A DNA stretch of 52,731 nucleotides from a virus (Duplodnaviria; Caudoviricetes): the IMG/VR virus record IMGVR_UViG_3300037467_000956, positions 1 to 52,731 of that record, one strand, 5' to 3'. This document shows positions 1 to 8,438 of this stretch, piece after piece. Numbering within the stretch: position 1 is the first letter of the stretch; every line of letters starts with the position of its first letter. The notes beneath the pieces were generated by a model. That model searched no databases, had not been told where the DNA came from, and saw only the letters and a program-made list of their open reading frames with translations. A program made the translations under genes and the position numbers.

Positions 1-37
1 CTCGCCTATCCCCCGCCATTGGGTCATTTTATTTCAA
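1..37. repeat. Terminal direct repeat, left copy
   Basis: CTCGCCtATCCCCCGCCATTGGGTCATTTTATTTCAA matches 52695-52731 at 36/37 positions. Confidence 0.95.
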
Positions 38-511
38 CACCCCCCCCGATGTGGTAATGATCCCCCCATTTTCGGGCCTGATCGCGCAACATTCGTTCGC
101 ATCGGCCCTGTCAATCGAAAAAGCCCCTCGACCCCCTGCTCGGACGCATCGAGCAGGCCGACCGGCATGCGTCGGAGCACAGTGTTGCCGTTCCGCCACA
201 CCTCGGGCCGGGTCGATGCGGTTGCGACTCGATCTCAATGGTCGATAGACGGCAGGGGCCGGCGATGGGCCGGGGTGGTGCGATGGTGGCGCCGGTGGTC
301 ACCGTCGGGCGTGGCCAGGGGAGGCACGGGCCATAGGTGACCACCGGCCACGGTCACGGCGCTGGACGGGGCGGATGCCGCCGGGAACCCGTCCCCCTGC
401 TGCCAGTGACCATGTCGGGCACAGAGAGCGGGGCGGGACCCCCGATCCGTGTCGCCGATGGTAATGGTACGGCGGTCGATGATGGGTGGCGACCCTGGCC
501 ACCCTTGACGG

Positions 512-829
512 TCAATGGACTGTGGAGAATGGGCCGACCGGCCACCCGTCTAGGCCGATCTCGGGGGTTCTCCGTTTCTCCCACGACTGCTTGACCCCGT
601 CGTGATGTTCCTTGCACAGGGTTTGCAGGTTGCGGGGATCGAAGAACAACGCCCGGTTCCCCTTATGGGGGATGACGTGATCGGCCACCGTGCCGGCTCG
701 GGTCACCCCGAGTTGGTCACAGATGGCGCATAGGGGATTGGCGGCGAGATGCGCCCGGCGGAGCGCCTTCCATTGCGGCGTCTTGTAGAGGCGGTGCCAC
801 GTCGGGACGTATAGCCGGCGGTTCGCCAT
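512..829 (-). CDS. HNH endonuclease (terminase-associated, HK97 gp74-like)
   Basis: W+.LR...L..NPLCxxC, ADHVIPHKG, FDPRNLQTLCKEHHD; located just before the packaging region on the circle. Confidence 0.9.
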   Translation of the reverse strand: MANRRLYVPTWHRLYKTPQWKALRRAHLAANPLCAICDQLGVTRAGTVADHVIPHKGNRALFFDPRNLQTLCKEHHDGVKQSWEKRRTPEIGLDGWPVGPFSTVH

Positions 830-853
830 GCAGCACCCCGACCGTGGTCCATG

Positions 854-877
854 AAAAACCCGCCACGGCGGGCGGGT
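854..877 (-). terminator. Intrinsic terminator (tR'-like)
   Basis: Stem ACCCGCC/GGCGGGT followed by TTTTT on the minus strand. Confidence 0.65.
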
Positions 878-909
878 CCATCCTCTGACAGAACGTCTAG
901 AGTGCCAGA

Positions 910-938
910 AGCGTAGCTCACGACGTTGCACCGTTCAA
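910..938 (-). promoter_or_regulatory. Putative late promoter (pR'-like)
   Basis: Minus strand TTGAAC-17 bp-TACGCT, between the Q-like gene and a terminator. Confidence 0.5.
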
Positions 939-1060
939 GTAGGAAACGCTTACAGTCCTATGCCGATGGTGATATTCTCCGGTCGGCCGCCGGATGCACC
1001 GTCTAGCTCGTTCTCGCGGGCCGCGGGGCTGGCAAAACACCATCCGGCGGCAACCCACCC

Positions 1061-1609
1061 TCAATCCTTCCCCGTGAGCCTATAGTGGTCAGCCAGGGTC
1101 TTCAGGCCCGCCTTCAGCACGCCCATGACTTCCGACCGGTTATTGCCCTGCTGGGCTGCGATGCGGACTACGTCGAGTTCATAGCAGCAGACCGCGACCA
1201 CCACGGCGCCGACATGGACCCCGAGCGCCCGGACCGCATGCTTGTAGTTCGTCAGCGCGTCGAGTTGCGCATCGGACACGGCGGCCGGACCGAACCCGAG
1301 CCGAATGCCGGCCACCACTTCGCTATCAACGTCCTTGGCGCCGACTAGGCCGAGATCGAAGTCGGCGCGCAACCGCATCCCGGCCGAGTGCATCCGCGGC
1401 GAGACCGTTTCTCGAGCGGCCAGGCGATCAAGGGGCGATTGGATCAACCGGCCCTTGGGTGACCCGATCCTAGTATCGAGCGCGCGCTCCACCACTTCCG
1501 CGGCGTGCCGGCGGCGTTCCGGGGTTTCGGTCATGACCAGTTCCACCAGCCGGGCCGGCGGCCGGCGGCGGTCCTTGTATCGGTTCTTCGGCTTCGTCCG
1601 CGGCATCAT
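1061..1609 (-). CDS. Putative late transcription regulator/antiterminator (DUF6456-like)
   Basis: SPLDRL..R..+S.R...AG.RLR.D and C-terminal LKAGLKTLADHY; last gene of the early operon, upstream of a promoter plus terminator. Confidence 0.65.
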   Translation of the reverse strand: MMPRTKPKNRYKDRRRPPARLVELVMTETPERRRHAAEVVERALDTRIGSPKGRLIQSPLDRLAARETVSPRMHSAGMRLRADFDLGLVGAKDVDSEVVAGIRLGFGPAAVSDAQLDALTNYKHAVRALGVHVGAVVVAVCCYELDVVRIAAQQGNNRSEVMGVLKAGLKTLADHYRLTGKD

Positions 1610-1839
1610 TGCAGGGTCCCGGCGTGTTCATCACTGGCCATGATAAGCGCCCGGCCGAGATCTCCGGCGGATGCGCCGGGAATGACCGCGCTGCAATCAC
1701 CATCCCGGCCGTTGACGAATGCAATGAGCACGTCCCCGTTCGGAAACCGGCGAACGCCGATCCCGCAAGTGTGCGGGCCGAAATCCGCCTTGATAGACAC
1801 AAGCGCGTCGTCAACGTCCTGTTCCGTGGTCCGGCTCAT
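1606..1839 (-). CDS. Hypothetical protein
   Basis: ATGA overlaps with both neighbours; resembles 1836-2087. Confidence 0.65.
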   Translation of the reverse strand: MSRTTEQDVDDALVSIKADFGPHTCGIGVRRFPNGDVLIAFVNGRDGDCSAVIPGASAGDLGRALIMASDEHAGTLQ

Positions 1840-2087
1840 TGCGCCGCTCCAATAATGGTGGTGGTGGCGTTCATGGCATGGCACCGCTGTTCGGCGTCAT
1901 CGAGCATGCCCATGAGCATTTGCAACTGAAACGGCGACATCAGGACCCCGGTCGGCCGTCCCGTGCCGTCATCGCGGAAAGCCAGGACGAGCCGGCCGGA
2001 TGTTAGCATGCCGATGGCGGCGCCATGGCCGGGCGGCATGCCGTCAAGGCAATGCGCAATGAGCGCGTCGAGTTCATCCGGGTCCAT
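1836..2087 (-). CDS. Hypothetical protein
   Basis: Coupled ORF with RBS. Confidence 0.7.
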   Translation of the reverse strand: MDPDELDALIAHCLDGMPPGHGAAIGMLTSGRLVLAFRDDGTGRPTGVLMSPFQLQMLMGMLDDAEQRCHAMNATTTIIGAAQ

Positions 2088-2090
2088 GGC

Positions 2091-2282
2091 CTAGATCCCC
2101 TTCGGGTAGTGCGGTTCCGTATCGGCGAACCGCTGCCCGGTCAGCACCTCGCACACCCGGCCTTGGTTCTGGCCGACAAGGGCCGCGATCTGGTGTTGCA
2201 TGAGATCGGGATTGTCCCGGTGAAGCGCCTTGATCCAGGCGGCGATTTCCGGGGTCATCTTGCGGGCCGGCTTCGATTTCAT
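2091..2282 (-). CDS. Small helix-turn-helix protein
   Basis: LMQHQIAALVGQNQGRVCEVLTG HTH pattern. Confidence 0.7.
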   Translation of the reverse strand: MKSKPARKMTPEIAAWIKALHRDNPDLMQHQIAALVGQNQGRVCEVLTGQRFADTEPHYPKGI

Positions 2283-2557
2283 TCCGCGTCGCTCCCAAAT
2301 CCAAGGGTGGGATCGGCTTCATGGGTTTTCACAATCGAGAACCCGCGATAAGCGATGTGGTCCATGAAATCGGCCGCATTCGCCATGAAGTTGTCGAACT
2401 TCGCGGGATTGGACTTTTCGGCCACGTTTAGGTCCCGGTCGGCGCCGCCATAGCAGCTAATCCAGAACTCGGCGACGAGCCGGCAAAGGCGGTCCTTTTC
2501 GTCGGTCCACTCGTCTTCCGGGCGATAGGCGTATTTCGACAGGTCGGTCGTTGTCAC
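2279..2557 (-). CDS. Hypothetical protein
   Basis: GTG start with AGGAG RBS; protein-like composition. Confidence 0.65.
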   Translation of the reverse strand: MTTTDLSKYAYRPEDEWTDEKDRLCRLVAEFWISCYGGADRDLNVAEKSNPAKFDNFMANAADFMDHIAYRGFSIVKTHEADPTLGFGSDAE

Positions 2558-2568
2558 GGCGGCGGCTC

Positions 2569-3063
2569 CTAGACCATCCATTGCGGCGGGCGGGGGATCG
2601 TGGCGACCCGCGGGTGTGGGTGCCACAGGTGCAAGCAATAGGGGTGCCGGTTGATATGGTCGAGCGCCGGCACGTGCAATTGCATGACGGTGATTTCGGG
2701 TCGGAAGAAGGTCCGCCGGGCGAACTCCAGTTCGATCCAGTTCGGGCAACGGTTCTGCCGCGAGATCGACACATGATCCCAGCCGCCACCGTTCGATGCG
2801 ATGGCGACCATCGGAGCGCCGTCGATCGGCGAGAACAGGCGGAACCGGCCGTTGAACCGGTCGCCCGCGTCGCCATAGACCGCGATGGTCGCCGCATCGG
2901 TCATCCGCAAGTCATCGAGCGCCGATAGGTCGCGGAACCCGGTCTCGGCATCGTCGGCGGCGTGATCGGCCTTCGTCGGGCCGAAGCTGGCCAGGGCCGC
3001 GCGCACGCCCGCGGCAACCCGTTCCTGGATAGCGGCAGCGTCCATGGGGTCGCGGCGGGTCAT
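2569..3063 (-). CDS. Conserved phage hypothetical protein
   Basis: GGGWDHVSIS..RCP.W..QLH....H.N.HPYCLHLW motif common in phages. Confidence 0.75.
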   Translation of the reverse strand: MTRRDPMDAAAIQERVAAGVRAALASFGPTKADHAADDAETGFRDLSALDDLRMTDAATIAVYGDAGDRFNGRFRLFSPIDGAPMVAIASNGGGWDHVSISRQNRCPNWIELEFARRTFFRPEITVMQLHVPALDHINRHPYCLHLWHPHPRVATIPRPPQWMV

Positions 3064-3278
3064 GGCACGGCCTTTCGCACGATCGTGAACCCGTAAAGCT
3101 CCAGGCGGTTCAGCATCTCGCACGCTTCGGCGTAGTAGCCGGAATAGTGGCCGTCGGTGGCGTCAAGATCGGGATAGTTCTTGCAGGCAATGAACTTCGC
3201 CAACTTGCCATCGATCGAAGCCCACGCCGTAGCAAGCGCCTCGATCTTGCGGCCACGCTCGTCCACGGGCTGGTTCAC
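3060..3278 (-). CDS. Hypothetical protein
   Basis: GGAGG RBS; GTGA overlap. Confidence 0.65.
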   Translation of the reverse strand: MNQPVDERGRKIEALATAWASIDGKLAKFIACKNYPDLDATDGHYSGYYAEACEMLNRLELYGFTIVRKAVP

Positions 3279-3481
3279 GATGCATCCTCCTCCAAGCGGG
3301 TGACCACGTCGGCTGCCCAAGCGACATCGGCCGGCATGACCCGCCCATCGGTCCAGAGCGCCCCGGCGAGCATCCGCGGCGTAACCCGGATGGTCTTATA
3401 GGCGGTCACCAGCACAAGGCGCGCCTCCCCGACCGGGACGGGTTTCATGCGCGGCGTGATGATCTCGGGCTCAGTGCGCAT
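3275..3481 (-). CDS. Hypothetical protein
   Basis: Coupled ORF in the leftward operon. Confidence 0.55.
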   Translation of the reverse strand: MRTEPEIITPRMKPVPVGEARLVLVTAYKTIRVTPRMLAGALWTDGRVMPADVAWAADVVTRLEEDAS

Positions 3482-3803
3482 TGTGTTTGCCCTTCGCCCG
3501 GTTTTTCCGGCGGCCGGCGGCCGGCAAGACATAGTCGTGATCGTCATGCGCACCCAAGATGCCAGCGGCCAGGCGGCGCAACCGGCGGCATTCGGCTTCG
3601 GATACGCCCGTGCTGGTGATGATCATGAGCGCCGATGCCATCGCGAAGACGACTTGCGGCGTGGACATCTCGCGCTCGCCGTGGACAGCCGCCATGAACT
3701 GCAACAGATCGACCGTGGCGGCGGAAATCTTGCCAGTCTCGGCGGGCGTGGTAGCGCCGGCCCAGTCGCGGTCGATGCCGTCGGTCTCCATCGGGTCATG
3801 CAT
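3471..3803 (-). CDS. Hypothetical protein
   Basis: Coupled ORF starting MHDPMETDG. Confidence 0.6.
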   Translation of the reverse strand: MHDPMETDGIDRDWAGATTPAETGKISAATVDLLQFMAAVHGEREMSTPQVVFAMASALMIITSTGVSEAECRRLRRLAAGILGAHDDHDYVLPAAGRRKNRAKGKHNAH

Positions 3804-4080
3804 CGAACTCGTCCCCTTCAGCAGCGATGGCGGCGAACTGTGCGGGCGCGCGGCGAAGGATGTCGGACAGCATTTCGGCCCCCTTTTCCCGCCCTTCATC
3901 GTCGGGGTCGGCGGCGAGCAGGATCGCGACGGCGATGGTCGCCGCGACCATGGCTTCCCGCGGGTTCATGTCGGCCGCCTTGGCAGCGTCCATGATGACT
4001 TCCGTCATCGTCTCGGCCACGGCGAGGAACCGGGCTTCCTGCCCTCGGGTCTCGAATTCCGGCGCGGTGCTGGTGTTCAT
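3796..4080 (-). CDS. Hypothetical protein
   Basis: AGGAGG RBS; helical protein. Confidence 0.7.
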   Translation of the reverse strand: MNTSTAPEFETRGQEARFLAVAETMTEVIMDAAKAADMNPREAMVAATIAVAILLAADPDDEGREKGAEMLSDILRRAPAQFAAIAAEGDEFDA

Positions 4081-4089
4081 GGCAGCCTC

Positions 4090-4665
4090 CTATCCGTTGG
4101 TCCGGCGGCGCTCGATCGCGTCGAGCTTGGATTGCAAGGCAAGGATCATCTCGGCCAGGGCCGCGATTTCGTCGCGGATGGATTTAACCTCGGGGTCGAA
4201 CTTGATCGTGAACCCGAGCAGATCGCGGGCGGCGCGCACCCACCCCCACGGCACGCCGAGCGCGTCGGCAACCGTATGGTCGGTCTGGCCGTCGAGGTAA
4301 TGGCCGTTTTCGGCGTGGAAGCACCCGCGCAGATGCTCGGCGATGCGCTTCAACTGCTGGACGGTCGGACCCTTCGGCATCTCGGCCTTGGTCTCGGGCT
4401 CGGCGGACTTGGTCTCGGGCGGCATCGTCTTCGGCTTTCCAGTGAGGCAGGACGGGCAGACGCAGGCGGACGGGTTGCGGATATCGGTCGCCCATCCCCG
4501 GCGGGTGAATTTCGAGAGCACGACATCCGGCGGCGTGACCGGGTCCATGTGGATCGTGTCGACCGTGCCGCACGTCGCGCACGTCAGTGCGAAGTCCGTC
4601 CGGTATCGGCCTTCAATGACGGTGCTCTTTTTCCGGTAGCTCCTGTTTTCGTGCGGACTGGTCAT
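4090..4665 (-). CDS. Zn-finger/coiled-coil phage protein
   Basis: CATCG and CPSC pairs, C-terminal coiled coil; ATGA overlap with the MTase stop. Confidence 0.7.
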   Translation of the reverse strand: MTSPHENRSYRKKSTVIEGRYRTDFALTCATCGTVDTIHMDPVTPPDVVLSKFTRRGWATDIRNPSACVCPSCLTGKPKTMPPETKSAEPETKAEMPKGPTVQQLKRIAEHLRGCFHAENGHYLDGQTDHTVADALGVPWGWVRAARDLLGFTIKFDPEVKSIRDEIAALAEMILALQSKLDAIERRRTNG

Positions 4666-5359
4666 CTGTTCCCCCATCCGGCGGCGGCGATACCGCGGCC
4701 GAGGATTTCCGTGATTTGCGGGACGGCCGCGTTTCCCAGCGCTCTAATTCGGTCCACCCGAGCGGGAACCCCATAAGCCACTCGACCCACGCCGGGTTGA
4801 GCGGCCCAGGCACGTGCTCCGAGAGCGGCCGCGAATTGTCCTTGGTGGCTCGTGAAGAACTCTTCCAATCCCGGCCGATCGGCGTTGGCAACGCCACGCC
4901 CGGCGGCATCAACCGGACCAGCATGGCGAGCCCGATTTGCCGTTTCGTCGCGTTCGAAATCCGCCGAAGGATGGCGGGCACCGACGCGGTCTGCTTGTCC
5001 GCATCGTTCGCGATCGGCGTAGGCCACAACCCATACCCGATCCCGATGATGCTTGGCACCAATGGCCGATGCCGGGATGCAATGCCATTCCGCATCGAAC
5101 CCGAGCGCGGCCAGGTCTCCAAGAACTCGTCCGAACCCCCGAGAAAGGAGCCCTGGAGCGTTCTCCACGATAACGACACGGGGTCGAATTTCGCGAATGA
5201 GACGGGCGCACTCGGCCCAAAGGCCCGAGCGTTTGCCAGCAAGGCCCGCGCCCTTTCCGGCGAGACTGACATCCTGGCACGGGAAACCGGCGCTGATGGC
5301 ATCGACGGCAATTCCATCTGCGCGGAGCCGACGGCCCGTGAGCGCTTTCGCATCGTCAT
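4613..5359 (-). CDS. Nested alternative-frame C5-MTase beta polypeptide (motif IX); start uncertain
   Basis: 248-codon open frame overlapping the MTase gene with WPTP/LPTP repeats and LNPAWVEWLMGFPLGWT. Confidence 0.75.
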   Translation of the reverse strand: MTMRKRSRAVGSAQMELPSMPSAPVSRARMSVSPERARALLANARAFGPSAPVSFAKFDPVSLSWRTLQGSFLGGSDEFLETWPRSGSMRNGIASRHRPLVPSIIGIGYGLWPTPIANDADKQTASVPAILRRISNATKRQIGLAMLVRLMPPGVALPTPIGRDWKSSSRATKDNSRPLSEHVPGPLNPAWVEWLMGFPLGWTELERWETRPSRKSRKSSAAVSPPPDGGTDDQSARKQELPEKEHRH

Positions 5360-5516
5360 AGCAGGGCACCCCCGGCCAGTGTTTCGCGAGCACGGCGCGG
5401 CAATGCGGGTTGATCTCGCAGAACGCGACCGTGCGGAAGGCGCCGGACCGCTCCAGGCCGAGAGAAAACCCCCCGATGCCGGCGAACAGGTCGAGCAGGC
5501 GAAGCGGTTCGGTCAC
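4662..5516 (-). CDS. DNA cytosine-C5 methyltransferase, alpha polypeptide (motifs I-VIII and X)
   Basis: LDLFAGIGG (I), GFPCQDVS (IV), VENAPG (VI), HHRDRVW (VIII), RALGNAAVP (X). Confidence 0.92.
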   Translation of the reverse strand: MTEPLRLLDLFAGIGGFSLGLERSGAFRTVAFCEINPHCRAVLAKHWPGVPCYDDAKALTGRRLRADGIAVDAISAGFPCQDVSLAGKGAGLAGKRSGLWAECARLIREIRPRVVIVENAPGLLSRGFGRVLGDLAALGFDAEWHCIPASAIGAKHHRDRVWVVAYADRERCGQADRVGARHPSADFERDETANRARHAGPVDAAGRGVANADRPGLEEFFTSHQGQFAAALGARAWAAQPGVGRVAYGVPARVDRIRALGNAAVPQITEILGRGIAAAGWGNR

Positions 5517-5614
5517 GATGCCATCCACTTCGCGATGTCGACGGCGAGGTTGGCATAGGCGACGGCCAGGAAGGCGACGACAGCCCAGCGGGGGACGATG
5601 ACGGTCACCATCAT
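5513..5614 (-). CDS. 33-aa membrane peptide (not in ORF track)
   Basis: MMVTVIVPRWAVVAFLAVAYANLAVDIAKWMAS; TGATG and GTGA overlaps with both neighbours. Confidence 0.6.
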   Translation of the reverse strand: MMVTVIVPRWAVVAFLAVAYANLAVDIAKWMAS

Positions 5615-6123
5615 CACAGTCCCTCATAGGCGCGGCGGACCCGGCTGCGCGGCTCATCGTTCTCGTCCCGCGTCCGGGCCAGGGTTTCCCCGAGGCGGAC
5701 GAGCAGGGCACCCCACGCCGCCGTGGCGCGGTCCCGGCTGTCCCGCATCTCGTAGGACCGATGAAGCGCCGCCTGGAACTCGGCATCCCGATACGGCCGA
5801 TCGCGCTTGGCGCGAGCCTCGGCCATGTCGACCACGGCCCGGCCCGCATCGGCGAGTTGCCGGGCGCGGGCGCGGAACGCGGTCAGCCGGCCGCAGAACT
5901 CCGATGGCAACGGCCAGTAAGCCTTGGTCCACGTCCGCCGGAACTCGCTCCAGATGTGCTCCCATTCGCCGTCGGTCGGCCGCATCTCCACGAACGCGGC
6001 GACGATGTCCGCCAGCACGGCCGTCCCCTGCCGCTCGTTCTCAATGTGGCTGGGCGGGCGGTAGGAGACGAGCAGCCGCGTCGTCATCTCGCGGCGAATA
6101 TCCTCGATCGACATCGGTTGCAT
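5614..6123 (-). CDS. Putative helicase loader / replication partner
   Basis: Directly after the initiator; WPLPSEF resembles the P..AE motif of loader/inhibitor proteins. Confidence 0.45.
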   Translation of the reverse strand: MQPMSIEDIRREMTTRLLVSYRPPSHIENERQGTAVLADIVAAFVEMRPTDGEWEHIWSEFRRTWTKAYWPLPSEFCGRLTAFRARARQLADAGRAVVDMAEARAKRDRPYRDAEFQAALHRSYEMRDSRDRATAAWGALLVRLGETLARTRDENDEPRSRVRRAYEGL

Positions 6124-6997
6124 GGGTGGCTTCCTGCTCTGCGAAAAGGCGCATCATTGCGGAGGCGGACGCGGCGGGGGCGTAGGGGTGTCGGGGGCTG
6201 TCGCGGGCCTTGGTCAGCGCCCGGCGGTCAAGGATCGCGGTTACCATGGGGACGGGGTCGGATGCGCCGCCGCGCTGGGCTTCGGCGATAGCGGCGGCGG
6301 TCTCGCCGTCGCCGTATTGCTTGCGCCATTTGCCGAGCAGTGAACGCGCGTGATTGTCCTTGACCCCGTTGCTCGTCAGGTACGCGAGACACTCCCCGAA
6401 CAGAACTTCCACCAACGGCCGCGAGACGGCAGCGGGTTCGGCGTCAGCCGAAACGCTAGGCGGCTCGTTACGAGCGAAGCGAGTAACGGTTTCTTCTTCT
6501 CTCCTCTTATCTCCTCTAGCGTTTCCGTGCGTTTCACTGCGTTTCGAAACGTTACCGTGCGTTTCATTCCCGGTGCCGCCGTTACCGTCGTTACCGCCGT
6601 TACTGCCGTCGGGATCATCGTTACCGCCGGTTTCACGGTCGGCAGCACGGGCCTTGCGGGCACGGAAGTTGCGGACCCGGTCGGTGCTGTCGTCTTCCCG
6701 CTTGGGTTGCCGCTTCCCCCATTTCTTGATCCGCAGGCCGTCGAGCAGCAGACCTTGCATGCAGGCGATGATGTCCCCGACGGCCGCGCCGGGCACGTCC
6801 AACGCCATCCCGGCCACGTCATGATCCCAACTATCGATCGTGCCGCGGGTTTCCGACGCGGCAGCCTTCTCCAGCAGCAAGGCCCAAACCGCGATGACAT
6901 GGGCCGTCGGGCAACCGGCCCGGCTTGCGACAACCCGGAACTTCGGGTCCGCGACCGTGTCGACGTACCAGCGGAGCCACGGCCCGATGCCGATCAT
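6041..6997 (-). CDS. Phage replication initiator (replisome organiser)
   Basis: WLRWY..TV.DPKF N-terminus, W.KRQPKREDDS.DRVR.FR motif, internal iteron block. Confidence 0.8.
   Translation of the reverse strand: MIGIGPWLRWYVDTVADPKFRVVASRAGCPTAHVIAVWALLLEKAAASETRGTIDSWDHDVAGMALDVPGAAVGDIIACMQGLLLDGLRIKKWGKRQPKREDDSTDRVRNFRARKARAADRETGGNDDPDGSNGGNDGNGGTGNETHGNVSKRSETHGNARGDKRREEETVTRFARNEPPSVSADAEPAAVSRPLVEVLFGECLAYLTSNGVKDNHARSLLGKWRKQYGDGETAAAIAEAQRGGASDPVPMVTAILDRRALTKARDSPRHPYAPAASASAMMRLFAEQEATHATDVDRGYSPRDDDAAARLLPPAQPH
6465..6637. repeat. Putative replication origin (iterons) inside the initiator gene
   Basis: GTT(T/A)C repeats at 9-10 bp spacing (6521-6637), inverted repeat CGTTAC..GTAACG, pyrimidine-rich tract 6490-6518. 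Confidence 0.7.
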
Positions 6998-7455
6998 GAT
7001 CCGGGAAACTCCCACCATGGCGAGATGATCGGGCGGTCACGCTTGATCTCGGCGACCGCCTCGGGGAATGCCTGCTCCAGGAAATAAATGAAGTCGCTAA
7101 GCGACCGAGCGACGCCGATAGCGCCGCCGGCTTCCAGGATCGCGGCATGGGTTTCGGACTGGACCTTGGATACCCGGCCGAGACGCGCGGACGGCCGCTT
7201 GATCTCGACGGCGCCGAACCGGGTCCACCAGCAAAGGACGATGTCCGGCGCGCCGGCCCGAAGGCCGAGCCACTTCGAGCGCCCGGCAACCGCCTTCGTC
7301 TTCGACGCGACCGGGTTAACCGCCGTCCACCATGGGCCAAGAGGCGGCGGCGGAAGACGTTCGAGCCACGCGACGATGGACCGCTGAACCGTGTCTTCCG
7401 TGATCGCGTCCCGGACTTGCTTACGATACTGCTCGGCGGTCATCGTCGCGCGCAT
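6994..7455 (-). CDS. VRR-NUC family nuclease
   Basis: E..VQ..IV.WL, GLRAGAPDIV, EIK, GRVS..Q, VARS. Confidence 0.85.
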   Translation of the reverse strand: MRATMTAEQYRKQVRDAITEDTVQRSIVAWLERLPPPPLGPWWTAVNPVASKTKAVAGRSKWLGLRAGAPDIVLCWWTRFGAVEIKRPSARLGRVSKVQSETHAAILEAGGAIGVARSLSDFIYFLEQAFPEAVAEIKRDRPIISPWWEFPGS

Positions 7456-7458
7456 GGA

Positions 7459-7758
7459 TCACTCGCGGCCCGCGTCGGCCTTGGCGCCGGGCAGGATCAT
7501 CCCGAGGATGTCGGCATAGGCTTCCACCACAGGCCAGACTTCCACCGGCGCCGTCATCTTCCCCGTGCGCTGGAACTTGGCGAGCGCGGCGATGGCGCGG
7601 CCGTTCAGCCGATCCTCGCTCTCGGCCGCGGACAGGTTTTCCTTGCGGGTGTCCTTCAGGTTGTCGATCTCGCGCTCGATGTCGACAACGCTATCGATGT
7701 GCCGGGAAAGGCGCGCCTTGAGCGCACCCGTCCCGACCATATCCTCGAAATCAGTCAT
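7459..7758 (-). CDS. GapR/DUF2312-like DNA-binding protein
   Basis: L..HID.+..+E.EI..L....KE...A and Y..ILGM pattern. Confidence 0.65.
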   Translation of the reverse strand: MTDFEDMVGTGALKARLSRHIDSVVDIEREIDNLKDTRKENLSAAESEDRLNGRAIAALAKFQRTGKMTAPVEVWPVVEAYADILGMILPGAKADAGRE

Positions 7759-7790
7759 AATGCTTCTCCTTCGCCGCCGCGGCGGCGTGG

Positions 7791-8066
7791 CTAGGCGAAT
7801 TTGGGGACGTAGGTTTGGCTATCGCCGGGGATCAGGCTGTCCCCGAGCGGCAGAAGCCATCCGGCATCGATCAAGGCCAGGACGGCGGCGGCATCGACAC
7901 GGTCCGGCGACCGCAGGAGATGCCACGTCGGTTCGACCCCGGCCCCGAGGGTCCGGAACACGCCGCCGGATGCGGCGATGGTCCGGAACAACTGGGCATG
8001 GCCGGCAGGAAGCGCCGCCAGGCCGTCGCCCATGCGGGCGGCTTGGTCGGGCGGCGCGGCGGTCAT
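7791..8066 (-). CDS. Hypothetical protein
   Basis: ATGA-coupled to cro; ends GDSLIPGDSQTY. Confidence 0.6.
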   Translation of the reverse strand: MTAAPPDQAARMGDGLAALPAGHAQLFRTIAASGGVFRTLGAGVEPTWHLLRSPDRVDAAAVLALIDAGWLLPLGDSLIPGDSQTYVPKFA

Positions 8067-8308
8067 TCGGCCGCCACCGATCCGGCGAACTCGCCACCGG
8101 CGGCGTGCCACTCCAGCGGCATGAAGTCGGCGGGGACCGCCTGCTCCAGGGCCAGCAGGGTTTCAAAGTTCGGGTTGAACTTCGGATCGGTCAGCTTCCG
8201 GGCCGTGTTCTCGCAAAGCCCGGTCGCCCGCGCCAGCATGGCGCCGGTCACCTTCTTCGCGGACACATATGCCCGGATGCGGGCGAGGGAGGCTTCGGCG
8301 TAGAGCAT
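8063..8308 (-). CDS. Cro-like HTH regulator
   Basis: LARATGLCENT.R.L...FNPNFETL.ALE XRE HTH; divergent from cI. Confidence 0.75.
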   Translation of the reverse strand: MLYAEASLARIRAYVSAKKVTGAMLARATGLCENTARKLTDPKFNPNFETLLALEQAVPADFMPLEWHAAGGEFAGSVAAE

Positions 8309-8350
8309 GGATCGATGCTGCTGCATCCCCATGCGCTTTGCAAGCGGAAA

Positions 8351-8370
8351 AACCGCATTTAAATGATGTC
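8351..8370. promoter_or_regulatory. Operator (consensus AACCGCATTTAAATGCGGTT) between cro and cI
   Basis: AACCGCATTTAAATGATGTC; weaker GCAT-N4-ATGC site at 8319-8338. Confidence 0.7.
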
Positions 8371-8438
8371 GAATAAGGTTGCGGTTTTACGTACAATGTC
8401 CACCGACATATCCACAAGCCCGTGGGGAAAGGCATTCA

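Noticed and set aside
29-502. Short ORFs at the left end
   Set aside because: No RBS, low-complexity translations in all frames
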